Shown one piece after another: positions 1 through 8,575 of a DNA stretch of 64,000 bases. The notes beneath the pieces are model-generated. The model saw only the letters and a list, made by a program, of their open reading frames with translations, searched no databases and was not told where the DNA came from. Within the stretch, counting starts at the first letter, position 1. Each line of letters opens with the position of its first letter. Position numbers and translations under genes: made by a program. The DNA lies in the IMG/VR virus record IMGVR_UViG_2627854069_000003; one strand, written 5' to 3'. This DNA comes from a virus. Taxonomy: Duplodnaviria > Heunggongvirae > Uroviricota > Caudoviricetes.

Positions 1-273
1 GCGCTCGATAAGATCGTGTTGCCGGTGCTGATGCAAGCGCCGCTGACGATCGACATCGCCGGAACCGGCGCGGGCACCATCGCGCGAATGACCGCCGACT
101 GGACTGCCGCGATCGAAACGTGGTTCTCCACATACGAACCGACGGGCGGCGGGACACTCTGGATGGATCTGACGCTGATGTCGAATCTTACCGGCCAGCC
201 GATGCCGTTGCTGCGGATGCGGCGATTGATGCTGTCCATCGCGCAGGTGGTCCCGCCGCTACCATGCCGCTAG
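1..273 (+). CDS. hypothetical protein, 5'-truncated by window edge
   Basis: Open frame runs from position 1 to TAG at 271-273; no recognisable motif. Confidence 0.35.
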   Translation, partial: ALDKIVLPVLMQAPLTIDIAGTGAGTIARMTADWTAAIETWFSTYEPTGGGTLWMDLTLMSNLTGQPMPLLRMRRLMLSIAQVVPPLPCR

Positions 274-998
274 CGCGCCGCGACCGCGCGTTATGCGCGT
301 TCGTCGCGGCGCCGCTCCTGTGGGCCCTGCTCGCCGGCGTCGCCGCGGCGCAGGCGCTCGCGGAGCCGGCGGCGTCCACGGTGTCCGTGTGCGCCGCGGC
401 CATCACCGGCGCGTCCGGCACGACCGTCGACGTCAGTTATGCGGGGCTGCCTGGGAACCAGCCGAAGCTCTATGGAGACTTCGTCGCGCTGTGGCAAAGC
501 AGTGTCGTACCGTGGACGATCGCGCCCGCGGCACGGCTCGGCATTCCGACCGACGCCGAACTCGGAACGGTGGTGATGACCGGTGTGTCGATCAGCGCCA
601 CGGCGTACACGGTAGGCTATGCGGTCGGGCCGAAAGTCAACGACGTCTGCGCATCGGCGTTGCTCGCCGCCGACGGCTCGACGGGCGTTGTGGACACCGT
701 TACGCTTCGGCTCGCGTCGGTCGGCGCGACATCGCTTACGTTTCGGTACCACACGTTGTCGGGCTATCTGCCCGCGACCGCAGGCAACTGGGTCGGACTG
801 TGGCGAGGGCGCGCGAGTCCTTACAATGCGGCCGCCCCGGTAGCACGCGTGAAGGTCGCGGCAGACGTCACTGACGACAGCGTGGTGATGGAGGGCGTAA
901 CGCTGTCGCCGGGCGAAATCTATACGGCGATCTACTTCATGGGCGAACCGCTTACGACTGCTGCGGCGCTGCTCAATTTTGTCGCGCCGGCTAGGTGA
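264..998 (+). CDS. secreted hypothetical protein (N-terminal signal peptide MPLARRDRALCAFVAAPLLWALLAGVAAAQA)
   Basis: ATG at 264 overlaps upstream stop; hydrophobic signal-like N-terminus; 245 aa ORF. Confidence 0.5.
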   Translation: MPLARRDRALCAFVAAPLLWALLAGVAAAQALAEPAASTVSVCAAAITGASGTTVDVSYAGLPGNQPKLYGDFVALWQSSVVPWTIAPAARLGIPTDAELGTVVMTGVSISATAYTVGYAVGPKVNDVCASALLAADGSTGVVDTVTLRLASVGATSLTFRYHTLSGYLPATAGNWVGLWRGRASPYNAAAPVARVKVAADVTDDSVVMEGVTLSPGEIYTAIYFMGEPLTTAAALLNFVAPAR

Positions 999-1248
999 AG
1001 CGGCGGCATGGCGATCCGATCGTTCAGATATCCGGCTTCACGACAGTCGCGTCGATCTCCACCGGTCTCCTTGTCTGGGATTACTGCCCCTTGAGGCTAG
1101 CCTCATCAGAAATCGCTGACGAAGGTGCAACAGCAGGAACTTCGGGATCAGCAATTGCAGTTGGCACTGGAAGGTCAGACGAAGCAACTGCAGTTGTCGA
1201 TTGACCTGCCCCCTTCAATAGGGCCAATGGGCTTCTAGCAAAGTCCCT

Positions 1249-2082
1249 TTAAACCAACTCCTGGAAAGCGGCAGGAGCATCCGCGGCTGCCCGATGTTTC
1301 GCCGCAAACTCTGACGGCGCAAGGTAGTTCAGTGCGCTGTGCGGCCTTTGCTCGTTGTAGTCCTGACGCCATGCCGCGATAACAGCCCGAGCGTGCGCGA
1401 GCGTCGTGAACCAGTGCTCGTTAAGGCATTCGTCGCGGAACTTGCCGTTGAACGATTCGATGTACGCATTCTGCGTCGGCTTGCCCGCCTGAATCAACTT
1501 CAGTGTGACGCCGTTCGCATACGCCCACTGATCAAGCGCGCGGCTCGTAAATTCGGGGCCCTGGTCTGTTCTCAGCGCCTTGGGATAGCCCCGGAAGCGA
1601 GCTGCACGGTCCAATGCACGAGCGACATACAAACCTGAGATGCCATGGTCGACGACGATGTCGACAGCCTCTTTCGTGAAGTCGTCGACGACGGTCAGGC
1701 ACTTCACGCGCCGGCCGTTGGAAAGCGCATCCATCACGAAATCGATTGACCACACCTCGTTGGGCGCGCCCGGCAATGCCAGTTGCTCGCGCTCAATCAT
1801 GACGCCCTGGCGCTTGCGACGGCGCCGCACAGCCAGCCCTGCCTCACGGTACAGGCGATAGATGCGCTTGTGATTGGCGTGCATGCCTTCGCGTTCCACT
1901 AGGGCGTGCAGCCGGCGGTAGCCGAATCGACGACGTTCGTGCGCCAACTCCACCAGACGCGCCGCTAGCACCTCATTCTCGTGGTCCGGCTTCGCGTCGT
2001 AATGCAGCACGCTGCGAGAAAGCCCGACAAGCCGGCAGGCGCGGCGCTCGGAGATGTTCACCTTCTCCCGAATCGCCGACAC
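1249..2082 (-). CDS. IS407 OrfB transposase catalytic (DDE) part, expressed as OrfAB by -1 frameshift
   Basis: 277 aa with DDE integrase core (WSIDF..., DQGPEFTS..., ESFNGKFRDE). Confidence 0.9.
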   Translation of the reverse strand: MSAIREKVNISERRACRLVGLSRSVLHYDAKPDHENEVLAARLVELAHERRRFGYRRLHALVEREGMHANHKRIYRLYREAGLAVRRRRKRQGVMIEREQLALPGAPNEVWSIDFVMDALSNGRRVKCLTVVDDFTKEAVDIVVDHGISGLYVARALDRAARFRGYPKALRTDQGPEFTSRALDQWAYANGVTLKLIQAGKPTQNAYIESFNGKFRDECLNEHWFTTLAHARAVIAAWRQDYNEQRPHSALNYLAPSEFAAKHRAAADAPAAFQELV

Positions 2083-2105
2083 TGCTTCGCGTTTGGCTTG
2101 CGGGC

Positions 2106-2369
2106 TCAGGGCTTTCCCTTGACGACGACCTTCAGCGCTTCCATATCGAGCATTGCTTCGGCCAGCAGTTTCTTCAGCCGGGCATTCTCCACCTCGAGGT
2201 CCTTGAGCCGGCGGGCTTCCGAGACTTCCATGCCGCCGAACTTCGCGCGCCAGGTGTAGAACGACGCGTCACTGAACCCGTGCTTCCTGCACAGTTCCTT
2301 GACCGGCATCCCGGCCTCGGCTTCCTTCAGAAACCCGATGATTTGCTGTTCCGTAAAGCGCTTCTTCAT
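2106..2369 (-). CDS. IS407 OrfA transposase (HTH)
   Basis: 87 aa MKKRFTEQQIIGFLKEAEAGMPVKELCRKHGF... recognised IS3/IS407 orfA. Confidence 0.9.
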   Translation of the reverse strand: MKKRFTEQQIIGFLKEAEAGMPVKELCRKHGFSDASFYTWRAKFGGMEVSEARRLKDLEVENARLKKLLAEAMLDMEALKVVVKGKP

Positions 2370-2644
2370 GTTCGTCTTCTTCTCCGAAAACGAACTTTAC
2401 TAGACTCCGGCTGGCCCTGTTTGCAGGGGGCAGGTCACAACCCCAGATATTTCTTTGATTCTTTTTAGCATTCTTAATCTCCGGCGTTTGTTAATTCTAA
2501 GGCGCGCGTGAGACGTAGGGGTCGTCACGGCTCGCAACTTCGAACCACCTTACTAGCGACGATGCAATGGCTGAATCCAAGCCAGGTGATTGTACGCGCA
2601 CTATGTGTAGTGAACCGCGCCGGGAATCGTGGAGGCCGGTTGGT

Positions 2645-3499
2645 TTAAGTTAATGCAGGCAAGTCAGCGGCATTTCTGAGTTGCCTGTAGTAGTTTGCCT
2701 CAGCCTCAGCGGGCGGGATATAGCCGAGCGGTTCCATCAACCGATGATGGTTGTACCAGGCCACCCATTGCAGCGTTGCCAGTTCGACGGATTCCCTCGT
2801 TTTCCAAGGGGCGCGCCGATGAATCAGTTCCGTCTTGTACAGGCCATTGATCGTTTCGGCCAGCGCATTGTCGTAGCTGTCGCCCCGGCTGCCGACCGAC
2901 GGCTCGATGCCGGCCTCAGCCAGCCGTTCGCTGTACCGAATGCTGACATATTGCGCCCCTCTATCGGAGTGATGTATCAATGTCCCGTCGTCACCCGGTT
3001 GGCGAGCGTACAGCGCCTGTTCAAGTGCATCCAGAACAAAGTCCGTGGTCATCGACGAACTGACGCGCCAGCCAACGATGCGACGGGCGAACACGTCAAT
3101 GACGAACGCCACGTAAAGCCAGCCCCGCCATGTCGAGACGTAGGTGAAATCCGACACCCAAAGCTGATTCGGTCGCTCAGCCTTGAACTGCCGGTTCACC
3201 CGATCCAGCGGGCACGGCGCGCTCGCATCGGGAGTCGTCGTGCGAACTCGCTTGCCGCGAACTGCGCCTCGCAAGCCCTGCAGCTTCATCAACCGCCCGA
3301 CCGTGCAGCGTGCGACCAAGATGCCCTCACGGTTCATCTGCTTCCAGACCTTCGGCACGCCATAGACCTGCATGTTGGCCTGCCAGACACGCTTGATCTC
3401 CGGCTGCAGAAGCTCATCGCGTTTGGCGCGGGCGCAGCGTTTGGACGGATCGCGAAGCTGCGCAGCATGGCGTCGGTAGCCCGACGGGGCAATCCGCAA
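2645..3499 (-). CDS. IS3-family OrfB (DDE transposase catalytic domain; N-terminus supplied by frameshift from OrfA)
   Basis: WVSDFTYV..., HHSDRGAQY..., DNALAETINGLYKTE motifs. Confidence 0.85.
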   Translation of the reverse strand: MRIAPSGYRRHAAQLRDPSKRCARAKRDELLQPEIKRVWQANMQVYGVPKVWKQMNREGILVARCTVGRLMKLQGLRGAVRGKRVRTTTPDASAPCPLDRVNRQFKAERPNQLWVSDFTYVSTWRGWLYVAFVIDVFARRIVGWRVSSSMTTDFVLDALEQALYARQPGDDGTLIHHSDRGAQYVSIRYSERLAEAGIEPSVGSRGDSYDNALAETINGLYKTELIHRRAPWKTRESVELATLQWVAWYNHHRLMEPLGYIPPAEAEANYYRQLRNAADLPALT

Positions 3500-3555
3500 G
3501 ACCTTGCAGATCGGCTCGACCCCGAAGGTGTCGCGATGCTGATCAATGAAGGCCT

Positions 3556-3882
3556 TCAGGACTTGAAACGGCGGTCGAGCTCCGCCTGGGCGAAAAACGC
3601 GCTCGCCAGCTTGAGAATCTCGTTGGTCCGGCGCAGTTCCTTGACCTCGCGTTCCAGGGCCTTGATGCGTTCACGCTCGGTCGTGCTCACGCCATCGCGC
3701 TCCCCGCGGTCGACCTCGTCGCGTTTGACCCAATCCAGCAGCGTCTGCGGCGTACAGCCGATCATCGGCGCAATCGATTCGACCGCTGCCCACATCGACG
3801 GGTGTTCGCTACGCTGTTCGCGTACCAGACGCACTGCGCGCTCCCGCACTTCCGGGGAAAATTTGCTTGCCTTCTTGTTCAT
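3556..3882 (-). CDS. IS3-family OrfA (HTH transposase subunit)
   Basis: 108 aa [20 protein letters not shown]... leucine-zipper region [17 protein letters not shown]. Confidence 0.85.
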   Translation of the reverse strand: MNKKASKFSPEVRERAVRLVREQRSEHPSMWAAVESIAPMIGCTPQTLLDWVKRDEVDRGERDGVSTTERERIKALEREVKELRRTNEILKLASAFFAQAELDRRFKS

Positions 3883-4279
3883 GACTCGATTCTCTCAAGA
3901 ATACGAGCCTCCACAAAATCCGGTGCGGTTCACACCCGGCCCGCTGAACGCGCTTGGGTGACCCGCTTGCCCGCGCCTGCGGCTTGGGGGCGCGGGGCTA
4001 CGCCCCCCACACAGAACCGCCGACGCTAGGGGTCGGCTATCGCTGCGGCGACGCTCTGCGAGCTGCCGGCGATTTCTGCGCGGCTCCCCCCGGCGTCGCG
4101 CTGACGGTGTGGGCACCGTGCAGCTCGCCGGGCTACGGCTGGACGCCTTGCCCCGCCGCGTTACTTCGCAACCAGGCGGCCCCCAGCTCCGCTCCCGGCC
4201 CTTGCCGGGCGGCTGCGCGCCTGTGGCTTGCCAGAACGGCCACCGACAGGCAACTCGCAGCCGACTGCTTGTGCTTGGT

Positions 4280-4450
4280 CATTTCCGTGACGCCATCACG
4301 GAAACAAGGTGGGTTCTCGTGGCGATCGCCACGAGAACCCACGACAGCCTGGCGGCAAATCAGGAGACGAACGAACGCGACAGGTTGTCACCGTCATTTC
4401 GTGATGGCGTCGCGCAGTCACGGATAGTTTTCGTGACGACACGTCACATC
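4280..4450. repeat. palindrome/iteron-like cluster
   Basis: Perfect 34-bp palindrome GTGGGTTCTCGTGGCGATCGCCACGAGAACCCAC (4309-4342) centred on GATC. Flanked by TTTCCGTGA-N5-TCACGGAAA (4283-4305) and GTGACGacaCGTCAC (about 4428). Motif TTT(C)CGTGAYG occurs three times. Confidence 0.5.
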
Positions 4451-4560
4451 AACGCTTTGATGCACTGTGACGCTGCCTATACTCTGGATGCGAGACAAAC
4501 ACGACCCCTTCACGTTGGACCTGTTTGTTGGGGATACAGCTCCACTACCGTCCAACGCGT

Positions 4561-4733
4561 CCATGCCCAAGATTGGCCGTCCACGAAAACCCGACGCGCT
4601 CAGCGATGCTGAGCGCGCCCGACGCTATCGCGCCCGAAAAAGGGCTCGTCACGCCGAGCTGAAGGACGACAGCAGGCCGCTTAGCTCGAAAGTCATCGAC
4701 TTGTCTGCGCTCGCGGCCTGGAAGCGCAAATAA
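4561..4733 (+). CDS. possible small basic DNA-binding protein
   Basis: 57 aa MPKIGRPRKPDALSDAERARRYRARKRARH...; GRPRK AT-hook-like; weak. Confidence 0.25.
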
Positions 4734-4778
4734 GGCGGCTATCGCCGCCACCGAGCTGTCGCCAGCGCGACGGCGTTA

Positions 4779-4975
4779 CTGCCGCCGTTCTTCTGAGTTC
4801 GTCGCTATTCCTGCGATGCAACCGCAATCCACCCCGACTGCACACGACCTGCGGTCACTTCGTGCGCCTCTGCACCCGGTCCCCCGCTGGGGGCTGCGGC
4901 TTTGACTGCGCTTGTTCCGTCCGTTTGGCTTGCGGTCTCTTACCGCAGGCGACGAACTCAGAAGAACGGCGGCAG
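4779..4975. repeat. 27-bp perfect inverted repeats (4779-4805 / 4949-4975) flanking a 143-bp GC-rich core with a nested 8-bp inverted repeat
   Basis: CTGCCGCCGTTCTTCTGAGTTCGTCGC and its exact reverse complement. Confidence 0.6.
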
Positions 4976-5061
4976 CAATGCCAGCGAGCACCATGCGACA
5001 TCCCGGGCAAGCATGGATTCAGGCTCGGAATCTTGAAGCCCGGCAGCAGTTGGAGGACACG

Positions 5062-5481
5062 ATGCAAGAATCATCCTTGGACATTGAGCAAATTTTGGGC
5101 GAAGTCATCTACCGATACACACGCTCGCAGGCGCTTTCGGATGGTGTTCTAGTGGACATCACGGAAACCGCGCGACAAGCCGGTTTCCGGGTGCCTGTTG
5201 CCATGACCGCGGCAGCGTGGAGTAAGGTCATTGCCTGGTCCGATGCCGATTCAGCGCGCCAGACGCACCAGGACGAGAGGGGGCGGCTTTGGGACGTAGT
5301 GTGGATGGGGTACATGGCGGCACGTCGGGTCAGCGCTGGTTGCCGGGTGCCATTTCAGCTTTACGTCGTGCCGCGTGGAGGGGCGGCGATACGCCCCAAG
5401 CTGATGACTTTGCACATGGTCATTGGCCCTGGTGATGAAGGCGAACCGGTCATCACCATCATGAACCCGAACGAAGACTGA
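5062..5481 (+). CDS. hypothetical protein
   Basis: ATG at 5062 preceded by GGAGG; 139 aa MQESSLDIEQILGEVIYRYTRSQALSDGVLVDITE... Confidence 0.5.
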   Translation: MQESSLDIEQILGEVIYRYTRSQALSDGVLVDITETARQAGFRVPVAMTAAAWSKVIAWSDADSARQTHQDERGRLWDVVWMGYMAARRVSAGCRVPFQLYVVPRGGAAIRPKLMTLHMVIGPGDEGEPVITIMNPNED

Positions 5482-5538
5482 ACCCTGCAGCCCGCCCGAT
5501 CAGGGCGGGCTGATGAAGCCAACTAAGGAGCTGACACT

Positions 5539-5721
5539 ATGAGCAACGCACCGGATGACATCGGCCCGGACATCAACCCCGCGACCGGCCTGCCGCTGAT
5601 TGACGACACCTACATCGACTTAGGCGGCAACCCATACGGCACCGATTCACACACGTGGCAGCCATCGTATAACCCAGGCCCCAGCTACGCGCCGCTACCG
5701 CCGACCTTCGACCCCTGGTGA
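5539..5721 (+). CDS. small Pro/Gly-rich hypothetical protein
   Basis: AAGGAG RBS 7 nt upstream of ATG; 60 aa. Confidence 0.4.
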   Translation: MSNAPDDIGPDINPATGLPLIDDTYIDLGGNPYGTDSHTWQPSYNPGPSYAPLPPTFDPW

Positions 5722-5739
5722 AGAGGCGCCAGCGCGCCT

Positions 5740-7596
5740 CTAGCGAGAGCGTGAGGCTACCGGTGCCGGAACCGGCACTGGTAGTTCTACGCCGTAATCC
5801 AGCTTCGCCAGACGCGCAGACATGTCAGCCAAGGTGAGCAACACCGTTTCGTCCTCGTAACCGTCCGCGACCTGGTTGTCCGACGACTCTTTATGGCCGC
5901 TGATGCAGCGCAGATTGACGCCAATTTTCCTGCCGTATGTCAGCAGCGTGTGCCGGAACGTGTGAGAGCCGCGTACCGCGTTTCCCTGCTCGTTAGTGAC
6001 GCCGTGTAGGCCGATGGTGCGCATGTAGTTCGCCACAAACTTTCCAGGCGCTGCGCCAGCATCACCGCTTGTCGGCGTCCACTGCGGAAATAGCCGCCGT
6101 GCTCCGCCACGCTTCGTTTGTTCGAGGTAGTCCGGTAGACCGAGCCGAACCAGTTCAGCATGCATCGGAATCGTACGCGGTTTGCCGGTCTTCACCGACT
6201 TGATGACGTCCGGGTCTGGGCTTTCGCCGGGCTCATTGGTCAACCGCAGCCACCAGATTCCGTCCTTGCTCCCCCAATCGCTCTGAGGGTTAATCTGGCA
6301 GATTTCTCGAACACGGGCGCCCGTGTACAGCTCTATCGCCAACAGCCAAAACTTATGCACCTGGGCAGGGCTGGCTACAATTTTCTTCATCCGGTCATTG
6401 AAGAAAATCAGGCTAATCTCGTCAGGCCGCAGCGCGCGCTGCTTGCGTTCGGTCGTCGTGCGTGACCCAAGATACGGGATATTCGTTGTCAGAGTTGTTG
6501 GGAACCCGACATCTTGCCAATCAGCAACGGCGCAGTCGATAAACGTGCGCAGTGACGCGAGATATGAACCTTCATAGGTCTTAAGCGACAGCGTTTCGCT
6601 CCACCCCTTGCTCGCCAAATCTCGGATGTTCTGACCGCTTTTCCGGCGTAGATCAGACCAGCGAGGCGGGAGTTTCTGGACGGTAAGCAGGAAGTCTTTG
6701 ACATGCGACTGACGCAGCTCGGTGATGGGCATGTCTCCCACCACTTCGAGGAAGGCGGGGAGAATGAATCGGTGCTTCTCGTTCATTGCCCGTTGAGCAG
6801 GCGGAAGATGTTCAAGGAACTCTTTGATAGCCGCAGATAGCATCATCACGTTCGCAACGCCGACGACCGCCCCAGATTCCCCCACCGGCCTTTTTAGCGG
6901 AGCGGCCGGGGTGGCAACGGGCCGGTCTTCGCCGTTATCGCGAGCCTGTACAACGCCAATGCCCGCCAGGTGCGCACGCACGAAAGCAAGCAGCAGCCTT
7001 CCTTCGTCCACTGTACCAATGAGCTCATCTGCGAGCCGGTATCCGTTCAGGTACAGCGTCTGATGCGTAACTTGCTGGAATGCACTGCAATCGCCCGTAG
7101 CCAAGGCTCGCCTCAACAGCCTCTCGGACTCGGAGTGGGCTGCCCGTGCCTCGCCCATTTCGAGCCCAGCTTGTTGGCCCACGGCGGCAGCCTCACGCCG
7201 CTGAATGTCTGCGATTTCGGTTGTGGCGAATACCGTTGAGAAGAACCGCTGCGCAACATCTGGGGTGACTTCGTTGAGGACTTCAAGGTCGTCCCATACA
7301 TGGAAGCCATTCTTGCTGAGCCGCTGCAACCCGTTGCGGGCCGAAGCAATCCGTTCTGTTGACTCGTGCGCCAGGCGGTCGCGTTCGCGGCAAGCCGTTC
7401 GGTAGTCCCCGCTGAGCTTTTCCTTGAACTCTCGTCTACCGATGATGTGCCGCACGTCTTCAGGCACGCCGCGACGAAAGAGGTACCCGGTACCGGTCCG
7501 GGTCTTGAACATGAATTGAGGCATACGGTCGTCCGTGGCCGTACCCCCTTGCTGCCTGTTGCCTTGTACCTGCTTTTGTACCTTCGTTTGTACCAT
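5740..7596 (-). CDS. tyrosine site-specific integrase (large, with N-terminal extension); alternative start at 7524
   Basis: C-terminal catalytic motifs ...GSHTFRHTLLTYGRKIGVNLRCISGHKE...Y; sits beside a tRNA-Ser 3' fragment. Confidence 0.85.
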   Translation of the reverse strand: MVQTKVQKQVQGNRQQGGTATDDRMPQFMFKTRTGTGYLFRRGVPEDVRHIIGRREFKEKLSGDYRTACRERDRLAHESTERIASARNGLQRLSKNGFHVWDDLEVLNEVTPDVAQRFFSTVFATTEIADIQRREAAAVGQQAGLEMGEARAAHSESERLLRRALATGDCSAFQQVTHQTLYLNGYRLADELIGTVDEGRLLLAFVRAHLAGIGVVQARDNGEDRPVATPAAPLKRPVGESGAVVGVANVMMLSAAIKEFLEHLPPAQRAMNEKHRFILPAFLEVVGDMPITELRQSHVKDFLLTVQKLPPRWSDLRRKSGQNIRDLASKGWSETLSLKTYEGSYLASLRTFIDCAVADWQDVGFPTTLTTNIPYLGSRTTTERKQRALRPDEISLIFFNDRMKKIVASPAQVHKFWLLAIELYTGARVREICQINPQSDWGSKDGIWWLRLTNEPGESPDPDVIKSVKTGKPRTIPMHAELVRLGLPDYLEQTKRGGARRLFPQWTPTSGDAGAAPGKFVANYMRTIGLHGVTNEQGNAVRGSHTFRHTLLTYGRKIGVNLRCISGHKESSDNQVADGYEDETVLLTLADMSARLAKLDYGVELPVPVPAPVASRSR

Positions 7597-7659
7597 ACGA
7601 AAAACAAAACCCCTTGAGACACCGGCGTATTCTGGCGATTCAAGGGGTTAGAGGCAACT

Positions 7660-7700
7660 TGGCGGAGAGAGGGGGATTCGAACCCCCGAGGACCATCTGA
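7660..7700 (-). other. 3' fragment of a tRNA-Ser gene (T-arm + acceptor 3' strand + CCA) = att-type direct repeat marking the junction between two integrated elements
   Basis: rc reads ...GGTCCTCGGGGGTTCGAATCCCCCTCTCTCCGCCA; no matching 5' acceptor strand GGAGAGA upstream, so not a complete tRNA. Confidence 0.6.
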
Positions 7701-8026
7701 AAATTAAGGGTTCGCGGGCAGTGCGATCCTAATTCCTGTCATTGTTCGCCATCCCGATCCCAGTCTTCGCCGCTCGAATACCCTCTTCCGCCCCAGTTCA
7801 AAGAACAGTAGCCTGAAGCAACGAACAAACCTTCGATGGGTTTCGAACCTGCGACACCATACGGGCTCGTGAGTTCATCAATGCTGTAGATGCCTACAGC
7901 CATGTGAAGGCAGAAAAACTCGCACCCATTTTGCGAGCGATGGGGCGCACCCTGTTGTTCCCAGCCTTCGGGTCTGTAGTCCTGCTGCGCTCGCGCGGAG
8001 GCAACCATAGCAGCACTGCCTATCGA

Positions 8027-8575
8027 TCACTTTTGCTTCGAGTCACGCTTGACGCGAAGCTTCCCATACTGGTCGTCTACCTCCTTCTTAGCAGACTCCT
8101 TCGCGATTTGATCTTGAACTATCTGGGCTGGAAACAGGGTCATAAACACAATCACCACTTGCCACATAGTTAGCACCGAGAGAATTACAAACGAGATTCC
8201 TCGCGCCACTTCTACGTGCGGCCGAACGGCAGGAACTTCTTTGATAAGAGGAGCACAAATCCCAAGCAGTAACAGCAGCCCAAGAATGATAGTGGAATGG
8301 ACTGCGGGGGTGAGCAGCACCCCCAAATTCCCGTTACTCCCGCCGTTTTTATTACCGCCCCTAAACGACACCTTCAAACGCTCCGGATAAATTATCGCCA
8401 ACCACGCACCAATAACCGCAAAGATAATAGAAGCCGTCGTCCGAAGAGCCTCATATAATGGCCATTGCTTTTCAAATGGAATATGACGCCCATAATAATA
8501 CCCCGCCACACAGACGATTATCGCAAATAAAATTGCGACAACGCGAAATATCATTGCGCCAATTCTATAAATCAT
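8027..8575 (-). CDS. small integral membrane protein (4 predicted TM helices), second gene of a low-GC two-gene operon
   Basis: 182 aa; hydrophobic segments about 7-27, 46-63, 85-110, 124-148; start overlaps upstream stop (ATGA); local GC about 45-50% versus about 66% around it. Confidence 0.6.
   Translation of the reverse strand: MIYRIGAMIFRVVAILFAIIVCVAGYYYGRHIPFEKQWPLYEALRTTASIIFAVIGAWLAIIYPERLKVSFRGGNKNGGSNGNLGVLLTPAVHSTIILGLLLLLGICAPLIKEVPAVRPHVEVARGISFVILSVLTMWQVVIVFMTLFPAQIVQDQIAKESAKKEVDDQYGKLRVKRDSKQK

Larger units (their letters stand above)
1202..2437 (-). mobile_element. IS407 (IS3 family, IS407 group), 1236 bp, imperfect terminal IRs TGACCTGCCCCC...
   Basis: IR TGACCTGCCCCCTTCAATAGGGCC at 1202 and reverse-complement TGACCTGCCCCCTGCAAACAGGGCC ending 2437; orfA/orfB arrangement; length matches IS407 exactly; no flanking TSD. 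Confidence 0.9.
2605..3936 (-). mobile_element. second IS3-family element (IS3/IS51-like), about 1.33 kb
   Basis: Terminal IRs TGTGTAGTGAACCGCGCCGG (2604..) versus GTGTGAACCGCACCGG (rc, ending about 3936); orfA + orfB; boundaries approximate. Confidence 0.7.

Noticed and set aside
293-874. Arg-rich ORFs (293..874 +, 291..752 -, 619..843 +) overlapping the 264..998 gene
   Set aside because: Typical spurious alternative-frame ORFs in high-GC DNA; only the frame with a signal peptide and normal composition was kept
3940-4760. Several 70-170 aa ORFs (3954..4427, 4109..4612, 4133..4342 etc.) in the GC-rich region right of the IS elements
   Set aside because: Pro/Arg/Ala-rich low-complexity translations overlapping one another; the region is dominated by palindromes and reads as non-coding
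7700-7760. Full-length tRNA next to the 3' fragment
   Set aside because: No 5' acceptor strand (GGAGAGA) or D-arm upstream of the T-arm, so only an att-type partial copy
7838-7860. GGGTTTCGAACC T-loop-like sequence as a second tRNA remnant
   Set aside because: Flanking bases cannot form a T-stem or acceptor stem
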